This document shows positions 13,031-26,989 of a stretch of DNA of 64,000 nucleotides, one piece after another. Numbering within the stretch: position 1 is the stretch's first letter; every line of letters starts with the position of its first letter. Source of the DNA: Kudoa neothunni (Eukaryota; Animalia; Cnidaria). The stretch spans positions 10,239,220 through 10,303,219 of the forward strand of contig OZ199840.1 of assembly GCA_964304625.1 (NCBI GenBank), given 5' to 3'. Under the pieces are notes generated by a model. The model ran no database searches, was not told the DNA's origin, and was given only the letters and a program-made list of their open reading frames with translations. The position numbers and the translations under genes are program-made.

Positions 13031-15641
13031 TACCCTCTTATAAATTTCTTTAGATACCGATGGATTTTAAATATATTAACTTTACACAAATTATATCAAT
13101 ACTATAAATATGCATATATTTAATATTCAAAAACATTATATATTATTAAAATCGTGTTATACTGTATATTGATTAAATAAAATTAAACAAGTCATTAGGT
13201 AGATTGTAATTAATTTTTAATACAAATAATTATACCGTCCCTGATTCTAATTAAACACAAAATACAGTTTTTATTAGTAATAATCATTCATTTGTAAGTA
13301 GCGTGTTTCCGTTATTATAAGACCCAATGATATTTTTGAACTAAGTTTTAATATAAGATTTAGTTAAATACTCAAAATCTGGTTATTTTGAATTATATAG
13401 CGAAAAATCTCTAATAATAAAATTTTATGGGTAGTTGATAATAATTAAACTTTCAAAGTAAAGTAATCATTTTTAACATAGATTTCAACATTTGATTGTC
13501 AATTATCTTCATTTTTGAGGAAACGATAAATATACTTATCAAATTATATGTTCCTCGTCGTATTTCTTTCAATTAAATGTTATTTTGTGTATTAAAAAAA
13601 AGTTTTTATTATATTTTTGTTATCTGAGCTAAATAATGCATAGAAACTATTGACTGCCAAAAATATTAGACCTAACGCTCCTTATTAAACTAAAAAATAT
13701 AAAACCTGACCTATATTCGGGGTAACACGGTAGGTGATTAATCGTAATATAAATATATCTCACTCATATTTAAATTTTTTGTAAATAATAAAAGTTTAAA
13801 TGTTAATAAATATACCTATTATAAAATTTATCCAATATTGTTTATTAGTAAATTTTACCCGTTAATACGGTGATATGTGGAATGGACACAGTCCATCAGC
13901 AGGATCAATTATAGGATGTAAATATAATCGCATATATTTCCTATAGTTTGTGTTTGAATGATTTTGTATAATTATATTAGTTATATATTAATAAATATTT
14001 TTATTTTATGGATTTAAAGTGTATCTGAAGGTTTAATTCTTGCCTCCAAAAACCGATATTCAACCATTTAACCATTAGTAGGAATTCTTGTCTGGAGCGA
14101 CTAGCTAAACAAACAAAACCCTTTACGTTTCAACAATGATATAAATTGTAAATCCTTATATAATAATAGCAAACTTCAAAAACGTTTAAAAAATAATTAT
14201 TTTCTCTAATATTTATTTCAATAAGAGAGATTAGTTTAGAAATGCAATAGAAACTTTTTTCATCGATATAAAAACGAAGCAAGTGGGGAACGTTGGCCAC
14301 CGCTAGGTTTCAAGTTTGTCACCGAGTAAAAAATTAAATCAACTATCTTTCATACTATAGAGAGAGAGAGAGAGAAATAAACGTAAAGAAACAAAAAAAA
14401 TTGTATATTGAAGCCAATATATTTTTATTTTGAACATTGGTTATACTTACCCGAATAATTAAATCGACCAAAATATCCTCAAAACTAATGCATCGAGTGT
14501 TTATTATTTATCATTTTGGCGATTAAACATTTTGAGAATATTTTCTTAAAGTTTGATCCCATTATTTCGATTTCTTAGGAATAATATGACTTGGGTGATT
14601 TAGTTACATTCTGATCCTCCGATAGTTAACAAGTAATGATTGGTAGAAACATAATAAATATTATACTGTTTAATTTTAAACACCCAAGTTGATTAAAAGC
14701 CTAAGAATTTGCCTCCTAAGCACGCAACATCTAACACGCTTGATTTTATCGTTCAGCGAACTTGTACGAAGTGTTATATTAGCTTGCCGAATTGGCTTCG
14801 GGAGGATTAACTGACCCAATGAATCATCTTTTTCCCAAAATTCAGCCGGTAGAAATTTTTTAAATTTTGTTTAACTTTTTGAAATATTTTTTTATTATCT
14901 ATCGTAAAATAAAAACTTGAGGTCCAAAAGATCCCAAGTTGGTTAATTCGTTAGAGGGTTAATAACAATATTTTTTAGTTATTAGTTAATCAATGGGACC
15001 TTGGTAAAAGTTTTGAATGAGAAAAATAATTATAATTGTAAGTCAATTTATCAAAAAAACGAATGCCATTATTAAAGTGTATCGATGTGCATTAAAAAGT
15101 ATATATTGACACAATATTACAAAATTTCTACGTTTTGTAATGTTTTAACATATGAAAAACATTTTGTTATAATTAGTATTAAAATATGTTCAAAACTTAC
15201 TCTTTATCATATAAAACCTCAAAACAATTATTTAAATCTTATAGAAACCATTTTTTACCGATAGATAAATAGGTATTCTGCGAGAAATAATTATTAACAA
15301 ATTATTCGTGGCCCAATTGAAATATATGAAATAAGAAAATTATACCTCGTTCCCAATAATTATATTTGAGAATATTAAATTTATTATAAACGGCATTATG
15401 TATTATGTTAATTGAACTAATTATAAATATTATCGGAATAAAACTCATTTATGAATAAGGTCTTTTATTTGAACGAACTTTTATCACCTATAATTGATTA
15501 TTAGTAATATTTAAAATAAAGTGTATATAAATCTATTCAAAAATTATTATAAAAATATTACAAGAGCATTTTGATAGAAATTTCTGCGATAAAAAAGCTC
15601 ACGATTTACCGTTAAACTATAATGACGAATAATCCTTAAAC

Positions 15642-15911
15642 CAGTGTTTCCTAACCTTTTTTGTATCGCGCCCTACATTTTCCATAAAAAAAGTTCCATG
15701 CTCCATCTTTCTTAAAATTTTGTGTGATGCAAATCGTCAATTAAAAATTAGCGATATCGAAAATCGCGATATTGATTTCAAAGTATGTCATCATTATCCG
15801 TGTCACACCAAACTCAATATTTTTCGCGTCCCATCAGAGCGATTCATTAAACGTTTAAAAATTTCCATGCCTCACAAAAAATTTTTCACACCCCACCGGT
15901 GGGAAACACTG
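15642..15911. mobile_element. hAT (Charlie-like) MITE
   Basis: TIRs CAGTGTTTCC ... GGAAACACTG; 8-bp TSD CCTTAAAC / CCTTAGAT (6 of 8 match). Confidence 0.75.
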
Positions 15912-16574
15912 CCTTAGATTTGGATATATGGATGACATAAATATTTCATGACTTTATAACCATTTTTTATAAACAAAAATATGATTTATTATAATTTGAA
16001 AATATTGATTTTAACTCTCCAATGATGCGAAAATCGTTAGAAGATTAAAAAACTTAATTCTGTGCACAAAAATTTGGTGTAAATTCAGGTTTTCAAAAAC
16101 GATAAAATAAGCTTTAATTAGCTGATGTCTAATTAATATATTTTTATTTAGGATTTTTTATGAGATATGTAAAATTTAACGATTATTAATTTTTAAGTTA
16201 AATTTTAATTATATTATTATATAAAATAATAAGTTTATATATCTATAGATACCTTTACTAAACAAATATATCTTTAAAAATATTAATATTTTTAATCTAT
16301 AAAAATGAATACACATTTGTTTGTAATTTGATACATCAATAAGTCGTAAGCCAGTCTGTAAATAATCATTTTACAAAAACGAAGAATATATATTATCAAT
16401 TTATTATTTATATACATAAGTTAATTTAACAAATTATTGTTTTAACTGCATAATCTTGCGCACAATAAAAACAAACCTTTGAAACCATACAGAAATATGT
16501 TAAATCTAATAATAATCATACTTATAGTCAAATGTATTTGCAAATTTCAATTTTTATGGTCGATTTTCATGTTT

Positions 16575-18532
16575 TCAAAATATCCTGGATCTTTTCTGGT
16601 ACACCAAAACACCAACAATCAATATTATCACAATCGCTCCAATTAAACCACTTGACATTACGGCCATGTTTGCTTTGCTCATCCCATTATGAAACGAAGT
16701 GGTGGCATTTCCGTCCTCCTGATTGTTATCGTGATTAGGTGAGTCTAATTTGAGATTAATTGAATCTGATAAGGTTGAATCAGTCCCTAAAACATTTTTT
16801 CCTTTGTATCTTCATCACTATTCTTATTTGGTAAATTACCCGAAATTTCTTTTTGGTTCGAAGCTACTCCATCTCCTTGATCTGTAATTTCTTGAGAAGG
16901 ATCATTTAGTATTGGTTTAGTTCCTCTTACCAAAGCTGCATTATTTACTGGAACTTCTACAGGTCCAGATACGTCGATTGTATGTGACAAATTATTTTGA
17001 AAAGAGTTAAATTGATTACTCAATTTATCACCATCGTGGGTCAAACGTTTCAAATAATTGTCAATATTTGAATTAGTAAAAGCAACGAGGTCAGAAACAT
17101 CACTAATCTTAGATTTTAAATCATCTAATTTGGTTAAGTAGTTTTCAATATCAGTTGAGTCTCTAAATTTTGAATATGTGCTATGATATGCAGAAAATAT
17201 TGATAATTTGGATGAGATGGAGTGGCCCGGGGAAAGAGTATCGCTGTTTATAGCCTCAATAGCTCGAATCACTTCTTTTGATAATTCGATACTTTCTTTA
17301 TAATATTGGGCTTTACGTGAAATAGCACCATGGCCCTTTTGAAGCTCTTTAATGAGAGTCTCTAATTGTTGAATCTTTTTTGTTGGGCTATTCTCGTTCT
17401 CAGATTTTATCCTCTTTATTTGATTTAGGTGGCTTTGCAAGGAAGATATTGTTACTTTTATTAGTTGTTGGGAGGTACTATCAAGTTGAGGTAATTCTTC
17501 TGATATCTTTGTTATAAAGGTTTTCATTTTCTCAGTTTCTTGTTCGGCTCTTCCATAATTTGTTTCCATCATATCGAATGATGTATGCAGTTTATTAAGC
17601 ATTTTCACAAAATCACTGGGTGAGTCTCTAAATATTTTTTCTATCCAAGCCGAGTACAATTTACCTTCCGCAGTCATAGCGTTAGACAAGATTTGCAATG
17701 TTAAGCGAATATCACGTAAGCCAGTTTTTAAGTCCTTATATTTTTGACTAGTAGTAACAATAATTTGATCTATGGTTGGGTTGATTTGAACATGTTCACA
17801 TACATCCTTGAGTTTCTTAACTTCATTTTTAATATTAGAATATATTTGATCTAAACGTTCCTTTATTTTATAAGAACTTATAATATTTTTGTAGACATTG
17901 ATATCACTTTGAGGTTTTCCATTGCATATGTTTAATGAATTTTCAATTGAAGAAAATAATTTTTCAATGTATTCTCGATTTTGTTTTACATTTTCATAGG
18001 CAGATTTTGCTTTATTAATATTGTTCCGCATATTATTATTCTTCTCTAATAGTGCCATATGTGCAATATTTGAAGATTTGGCATCATTTATTAACTTTTC
18101 GAATTGATCATAATAGTCGAATAGAACCGTTTTAATCACTGGAATATTTTCAGTAACAAATTTTGAATCTCGCAAAAATTCGAATGTGAAAATCATTTTG
18201 GGATATGTTGTTTTTGGTTCATTAACATAATTTTCGAGATTGACGTCTATTCTAACGAAATTTTGTGACAATTTAGTGACATCACAATGTTGAAATTCCT
18301 GGGTATTTGAATCGTAGTTATTTTTTAAATATCTGTTAAATGGTATATTTTGATTATTGACACATTTTAAGCGGTGTATTTCAGCGATATTTAAGCCTCT
18401 AAAGGAGTCATCCAAAAACTCTCTTTCTTGTAATGTACCGCATACAACTAAAGATATAGTTCATGTATATTACATTAAAATTATAGTTAATTTACTTGAT
18501 ATCAATAACAACCATACCAACTCCAACCTCAT
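16575..18532 (-). CDS. Helical-ectodomain type I surface protein, copy 2 (frame break near 16790; shortened tail)
   Basis: Signal exon 18532-18496 (MRLELVWLLLIS) and 48-nt intron 18448-18495. The main ORF stops at 16787, but another frame continues TDSTL...SKANMAVMSSGLIGAIVIILIVGVLVYQKRSRIF*. Confidence 0.8.
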
Positions 18533-21500
18533 TATTTTCTTACTGAAATCGTTATATATCGAAGTAGTTAAAATATATTATTGTAGTATAAATTATATTA
18601 AACCATTACTTATAATAAAATTTGAGTGCAGAAACAGTATGCTTTTTTATAGTCTCGGTATAAATTAAATTAATAATTTTAAAATTGTAATAATTCATTC
18701 GTTTTGGAAAACTCTAGAAAACGGAAATATAACATAATAAATATCTTTCACTTGAAAGCAAGTTTCTGACATTTGAAAAAATAGTCTATTAGATATAATT
18801 ATTTTAGATATTATTAACATCTTATACCTTACATTTATAATTAGTTTGGTTATGCAATTAATTCAAGTTATATGCATTAACTACATTAAGACAGTAAGTC
18901 CACTCTAGAGATCTAAATATTACGGCATATTTTCCATTAAAACTTTAAAAGATTGTAAATAATTTCAGTTTTGTATTATTGAATATTTTTTGGTTGGAGA
19001 GAAAAATTTAATCCAGATTTTTAATTCGCAGCTTTAACCCCGACTCGAGTATTAGTACGAATCAGTCAATGGGTCTCTAGTTTAACCTTCGGAAAGTCTG
19101 AAAAACGACTTTGCACTTAATTTTTTTAAAGTCGAGTTGGCAGCATATATTTTTATATACATACAGGAAAAATATATTACTATTTCCTAATTATTAAAAC
19201 TGTTTTTTTCTATAAAACCTACAGAATAAGATGAAAACATGTATTACGAGATTATACTAATATTTGCCAGAAGTTTGAGTAGCATTAACTCGGTGAAAAC
19301 CTTCATTAGATTTTATAATTGATAATATTAGTGATACATTATGTATATTGTGTATTTATACGTATTGTAAAATTTAAAATTTATTACTCAATAGGCACAA
19401 CGCAGATAAAATCAGGTTATAATTAGAACGGAAAAATTCATTTATCAGATGAAATTTAATTAGTTCCAACAATGAATTTAAAATGAGAAACATTGGAGAG
19501 TTTTTTGCAGCAGTTAAATATTAATTTGGAACAAATTATTCAGGTTTTTCAAGTTCGAAGCCACACTACAGTGTCAACATCCTTTTCTATTTCGAGGAGT
19601 ATCATTCACTTCAATGTGGTCTATTACAAGACAATCTACTAGAGTTTCAAAAAATTTTAAAGTGAGAATTTGGGATTAACACATCTCTTTATAAATATGG
19701 AACGCATTTATTGACCCTCAAAGGAGGTATCACGATAATTTTACGATAGAGTCGAAGCAAGTTACAAATAGACCCAAGCACTTTTAGCCACTTTCCTCAT
19801 TAATATTCATTAAAATTTTATTTTTAGATAGATTAAGTTTTTAATTTTGTAATTTATTGTGTTAAATAATATGAATATTTCCTCCAAATAAAATGTAATG
19901 AATGCTTAAAATCGGGTCACAAATTTTATCAGGATAACCGAGTTTCAAACATTTTTTCGTCCCATAATATGCGAGAATAGAATAAATTAAACTTTTTATT
20001 ACGCCTCAATGCATCAAATCATATTTCTAATGGAAATTATGGTAAGGTCGACCCGTTATTGAAAGAAACAAGCTCATAGCGATTTTTTGTCAACTTCGAG
20101 ATTATAGAGAGGATTAAACTCACATCATATAATGCTCCTAATTTTTAGCTGGAGTAGACTTGAAATGCGATATAAATGGAATAATTTTAATTAGCACCCA
20201 TATTAAGTTAATAAATTTCATTTTTAAATGAGTTTCGGGCTATTCTTGACACCAACAAAAAACAGTAGTTTTACAAATAAATCACCATATTAAAAAACAT
20301 AAACATATTGAATTTTTTTAAACTATATATAATTATAATTTTTCATGAAACTTTATATAACCTGGATTAATGAACCTTGCAAATGGGCATCATACAATTG
20401 ACGCTGCAAGTTTTATTTATTGTGCTCTCTTGGACAAATGGAGCAACCTTACGTTGTATTAAATATTTTAAACAATATTCTGCGTAATTATGTCATCAAT
20501 ATCATGTTAATGATGAATTGCTTTATCGAAAACAACGGTTCTCTCATTCATTTTAGTTCCCGCACCTCTTCTCAAATGAGGGATTATTCCAAGGATATTT
20601 ATTAGTGGGGAAAATAATTCTAAAAGAATCCCTACTATCCTTATAGAAAATAAATTAACAATGAAAATGATTCTGCTTTAGAGAGAAAAGAAATCAAAGA
20701 TAAAAGTCAGCATTAATAATTAATTAAATTTTTCGACTATTTTCTTGTGTTTTTTTGATAATAATGAAATCTGAGAGGGTCTATTTGATAGATAAATAAT
20801 TCGATGTGAATTCTGAAAGATAAATTCTACGTTGTTGACGGAAATTTTACGTGACGCCAAAAATTCCGAATGCCTGCTAATTTTAATCCATCTCAAATAA
20901 TGGACCTTTGATTAATTCACGGTATTTTGTTACATTTTTTGAAGTGTATGATTAAAACACTTAATTAGCATTCGTATAGATAATAATACTTACAATTATA
21001 TAGTTTAATGTCAATTAAGTGGAAACTTCAATATAAAGATTTTTCTTTTCAATCAATGAAGTTTACTTTATCGAAAAATCCGTCTACAAATGCGTGAATG
21101 TTTTTTATGGTAGTATACTTAATACATATATGAAATATTTGGGTGCAATTATTTCTTACCCTAAAAATGAAATCAAGAAATAAATAAAAAGTTTTTCAAA
21201 TAAAAGCCTTAATTCACAAAGCCACAGTTTTAGCCATATTCACTACATATTGTCAATTATATAAAGGCTCAGCATGAATAAAATGAATTAGTATACGTAT
21301 ATTGTTTATTAATTAGCTTGATATTTTTTATTTTATCGAGAAATATGAGTTACAATAATTCACACTTGCGCGTAGTTTTGTTTTTTTGTTTAAATTGTAA
21401 ATTTAAGAACAAAGATGTGAATCAATCTCAAATTTAGTGATTTAGTTTATATATTTTTTTGAGTGCAATTTTATTTTTAGTTATAAACAATTTAATTGTT

Positions 21501-22952
21501 ATTTGCGCATAAGTTTATATATAAAAATATATTAGAGAACTTAACTAAATTTAAACAAACCTTCTAATTGGTTTATACAATGGATGAGGGGTAATACCCA
21601 GTTGGGCTCACGCGCATAATAAATATCAAATTATTTTTTGGTTATTATTGTAATAATTTATTTTAAAAAACATTTATTAATTCAGCTTGTTTGTTGCATT
21701 CCACGTATATGTCAGACAAATCTTCTTCTAAATTTTAAGTGTATTTTTAGAAATAAATAGAACCATTTTTTGTTGAATAATTTTTTGACATGGCCACAAC
21801 TCGCGCCAAATCTACTGCGCGTGTGATTTTATAAAAGATCTTTTGAGGTATTTGGCTTCTTACATTGCGTTTTAAGATTGTGATTACTTTTTATTTTAAA
21901 ATGATATTTTGCTTTTTTTAATGGGAGATCAAAAAACACCCAACAATGTTATATCATTATAAGAACACAGATAAGAGGGGATAAATTCTTGCATAATGGT
22001 TATTTTTATGTAATGACTACAAGTCTAATCCAAATAAACATTGGGGATGTGAAAAAAGTGCTAGAAACAGATGTAGTATCATTTCACTACTGTCAAATAT
22101 CTTTTTTTCGAGGAAAATACGACTTTAACCACGTCGTTACGTTTTATGATATTAAATGGGACTTTTATTAACGATATAATTAAAAAGTATGACGTAAATG
22201 AATAATATTCATCCAATAGGGTCTACTAAAATGGAACTTAAAATATTTTTATCGACGAAACACATACAATTCCAGTAAATACAATTTTAAAAAGAAAATA
22301 TCAAATTAATACCATAAAACAGTGACAAATCTTATTGTAAATTTTATCTGGAATCAATATCTTAAAAATATAATTAACAATTACAATAATTTCTAATCAT
22401 AATGTTATTTTGATATGAAACTTGCTTTTACCATTATTTTTTATTCAATTTATTCGTTTATTAATAAAAAGGAAATAAAGTATCATATTTTCATATATTT
22501 GTGTATATACATAAATATATTAAAAACCTAAATAAATTTTTTCAAAATTTCTTCTTACAACCAAGTTGACAGATTATTTTATTCTCAAAAGAAACTTGAA
22601 TCGCATAAAATCCGTACAAAAAATGTAAAACATTCTCGGACATGGAAGTTTTACTTGATTCAGTGTATGAGTCCCAGGAAGCCCGGCGTCACATGAATAT
22701 TCCTGTTTCATCAATGAGCACGCGCGAAACGAATGTTTTTGTGTGTTGAATCAATTTAATTAAATATTGAGAGGATTTACTTAAAAAATCGACAATATTT
22801 CAATGAATAATTTATTGATTAATCAGGTAAATAATATTATTAAGGCGAGAAATGTTTTTTGCCAAAAGAAAAACAAACTTTCAAAATTTAAAAAAATATG
22901 AATTGAATGCTATATTGTAAAATAAAAATGTAAATAATTCGTTTATAATTCT

Positions 22953-24933
22953 TCATGGTTCATTTTCGTATGGATGAAACCTATTAGACCATCTATGGTA
23001 AAATATGACACCAACAATCAACAATATTATAACCATTCCACCCAAACAACTTGATAATGCAGCCACATTCATTTTGCTCTTACCATCATTAAAATTTGTG
23101 GTGGCGTGTTCATTTTTTTGATTGTTATTATTATCAGATGGGTGTGTATGTGGATTTGTTTTTTGTTTGGGGATAGTTTTTGTCTCCTGAACCACCTTTT
23201 CCTTAGTTACACCCTCTTCATCTTTATTTGGTACCGTTTCTGGAATTTCTTGTTGGTTTGAGAGAGGGCTCCTTTCTTGATTTATGACTACCTGAGAATC
23301 ATCATTTTCGCTTGTTGTAACGTCTTTGAATGTAGGTTCATTCCTCACTTGTATTACTTCGGGACGTTCTACAATAGGCAATAAATTACCCCTATGGGAG
23401 TTAAACTGAGTTTTCATTTTTCCACCCTCTTGCATCAAATGACTTATATATCCATTAATAATTGTATTATCACCATAAATTTGGCTATCAGCATTAATAA
23501 GTCCCAATTTCACAGTATCGACTTTTTCTAAGTAAGCTTCAATATCAGATGACTGAATTGTTAGTGCATAAGTGTTTTTATTTGCGGTAAATCTTGATAT
23601 CTTTGAAGCCGCATGATGGCTAGGCGAGAATCTGTTGTTTTTTATGTCATCTAAAGCTTGAATCACTGCTATTGTTAATTCAACGCTTAGTTTGTGATTA
23701 GTGACTTTGTTCAAAACTTCCACATGATTGGTTGAGAGTTCATTAATGGAAGTCTCCAGTTGTCTCAGCGTTGCCAGATGATTTTCCTTGTTGGTTTGAA
23801 TTGTTTTCATTTGATTTAAATGAATTCGTAAGGTGGACATTTGTATTTCTAACAACGCTTGAGAGTCAGGAGATAGTTGAGGCAGTTTTACGGAAATTTC
23901 TTTTATTAAGTCTTCCATTTCTCTTGTTTTTTTAGCAGCTTCAATATACTTTTCTTCCGTATTTCGAAGTGATGTATGAAGTTTACTGTGGGTGTTCATG
24001 AAATGACTAGGTGAATTATCCTTAATTTTGTCTATCCAACCAGAATACGTTGAAACTTTTTCTCTAAATGTATCACACATATCCTGAATTTTTGAAGGGA
24101 TGTTATTTAACGAATTTTTTATTTCTCGATATTTTTGGAGGGTAGTATCAATGATAGGATTAATTGTAGGAATGCTTTCACCTTTTTCGCACACATTCTT
24201 GATTACTTGAACGTCGCTTTGTATTTCCAAATATTCTTCATCTAAATGTTCCTCGATTTTATAAGTGCTAATAATATTTTTGTAGACATTAATATCATTT
24301 GAAGGTCCGCCATCACATGTTTTCAAGGAAATTTTTATTGAAGAAAATAAATCTTCAATGTAGTCTTGATAGTCTTTTATATTTACAAGCGCATTTTTTG
24401 CTTCCTTTAATTTTTCCCTAAAATTATCATTTGCTCTTAATAGTGCTTTATGTGCATCTCTTGAAGATTTAGCATTAGTTATTAGGTTATCAAATTGGTC
24501 ATAGTAGTCAGTTAGAACTTCATTAATAGATGGAATATTTTTTGTTACAAATTTTGAATCTCGTAGTAATTCAAACATAGATATCATTTTAGGGAATGTA
24601 TTGTGTGATTCCCTGACGTAATGACGAGGATTCGTTTTTTGTTCGTTAAATTTTTTTTCCAGTTCTTTAATGTTGCAATGTTGAAATTCATCAATTTTTG
24701 CATTATACTTATCTTTAACAAATTGATTAAATGGTTTATTTTGGTTATTGACGCATTTCATTTGGTGCATTGCAACGAAGTCGGTCTCACCTATACCCTG
24801 AAGCGAATCATCCCAAAATTTTGTAGTTTCTAATATGCTGTATTGAACTAAAAATATGAGATCTATGTTGGATATAACTTTTTTAAACAAATATACTTGA
24901 TACCAAAAACAACAGGAAATACATTTTATCCAT
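22953..24933 (-). CDS. Helical-ectodomain type I surface protein, copy 3 (intact)
   Basis: Signal exon 24933-24897 (MDKMYFLLFLVS), 49-nt intron 24848-24896, then an uninterrupted ORF through the TM (SSCLGGMVIILLIVGVIFY) and tail (HRWSNRFHPYENEP*). Confidence 0.88.
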
Positions 24934-26989
24934 TGTAGATTCGTTAGCATTCGACTGATTCAAAAGAATTTCTATTCATTTTCTAAATACTAATACTATT
25001 ATAGTATTTCACTATCAAGATAAAAACACGTCTTATGAAGCAGCAGATTACTTTTATATTTTTCTTATTTTTAGATAAAAATAAAAAATTTAAGAATATG
25101 ATTGAATAGATTAAAAATACGACATTTTTAATATAAAAATAAAGATATGGATATAATTGTACGCTTTGTTCATATATATTGAATTATGAAATAATTAAGA
25201 CTGGTAGAAAAAAATGCAAGGTTTTTTGTTTTAAATATGACAGATTATACAATATATAAGTTATTTAAGAAAAACAACTAACAACATATAGCGCCACAAA
25301 CAACTTGTAAGTTAATAAATTAAAAAATTTCGAAGGAAACTACTGAAATTAGTTTCCAAAATTATACGAAGAATTTAAATGTTATTTCTGGACTTCCTTG
25401 TATAATAAAATGATTTTTAATTAATAATGAAATTATTATTTATGTTCAAATAATTCGCATCATTGTTAATCTATGTCTATTAAGCATGTTTGCATCTTAG
25501 TTGGACAAGTTGGCATTTTGACTGCTAAATACTGTATTATCATTAGGAGAGCTAACACAGTATATTTTATGAGAAAAAACGTTTATATTTGTAAACAATA
25601 ATCTAACCATAGTATTCTAAAATGAAACAATTATTAATCTCCGACTTATATAATTCTCTTCACTATGAATATATCATTATCCACCAATAGCATTTAACTT
25701 ATTCATAAATGAATAATGGGCTCAGTGTTATACAACTATATTTGTACAAGGAAGTGGTTATATCTCTGGGAATGAACATCTTTAAAACTACTGCAAATAT
25801 TTTATTCATATTTTAAGTATTATCTAATACAGTAGGTAACCACTTTTACGTAATCCCCTAAGGCCTAGGGGACAGGGAAAAATTAAAAATAGTCACTTAA
25901 TCATTTTAATCCAATTTGGATCGTGCGTAAACAATATGAATTTTTTTATATCACCATTGTACATGATTTAGGTTATAAACATTAGTCTTCTCGCAAAACA
26001 CATCCAAATACTCATTTTTATCGTCAGATCCACCAGAATTTGAATTTCGACAATCAAAAAAAGTGATATAAAATAATTCGTTTGAATTTCTCTCATATTC
26101 AATCAGAAAAATCTCATAAAAGCCTCCCTTAGGCTTCCGTCAGCATGTTTAGGGTAACTTTGTGCGAATGGCGCGGGAAAACGGATGCATCTGTGTCATC
26201 GCGGATGACCTCGTTTACATGTTTTCCTTATTTTCTCAATATTCTGTTATCATTTAAAACAATAAAACCCCTGGTCAAATTGACCTCAAAAACATCAAGT
26301 TTATTTTTTTGTATATCGTTGTTTAGTCTATTTTTTCAAATTTTTATTGAATAAGTATAAAATACTAATTATTTTAGGAGAATACACCAGATATTATAAT
26401 TGTTAAAATCTTCTATGTATATAAAACTTTAATACAATGGGCTCTGGGGTCAATTTGATCCCAGAAACGCTCGGGAGGTTAAAAAGGCCCAGGAAGACAT
26501 TTCATCTGATAAAATAATAAAATCTCGGAGAAAGTCTGTAATTCTAAGTAATCATTTCGACAATGTTTTAGTAATTGCGAATATAATTTTTTAATCAGAA
26601 GGTGAGAATTTGAGTACACCCAATGAAATTAGCTGTAATGATAAAGCTGAAGTTGAAGAAGAAATGTGTATAGAAATAATAATTTTGATTATAGCCAAAG
26701 TGAAATTAATGTAATAAATGATTTGAAGATAATTAGATAACAAGCGAACCTTTAAATATTGAGAGTAAACTAGAATGTGATATGGTATCTCAAACCTCAG
26801 ATAATCTGATTGAACCAAAATATTGAAACAATACTAACAAAAAGTATCCTATAAATGTTGGAAAACTGAGAATTCCCTTATCCAAAATTCACCAAGCTAT
26901 TTACTATGGAAATCCAATAGACAAAGAAATTATAGCTTGTTATGGACATAATTTTAGACATCATTATATAAAATTAAATAACAACTTAA

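Noticed and set aside
24897-24950. ORF-track N-terminus MLTNLQWIKCISCCFW for copy 3
   Set aside because: Read-through of the 49-nt intron; the paralog-consistent start is the ATG at 24933 in another frame
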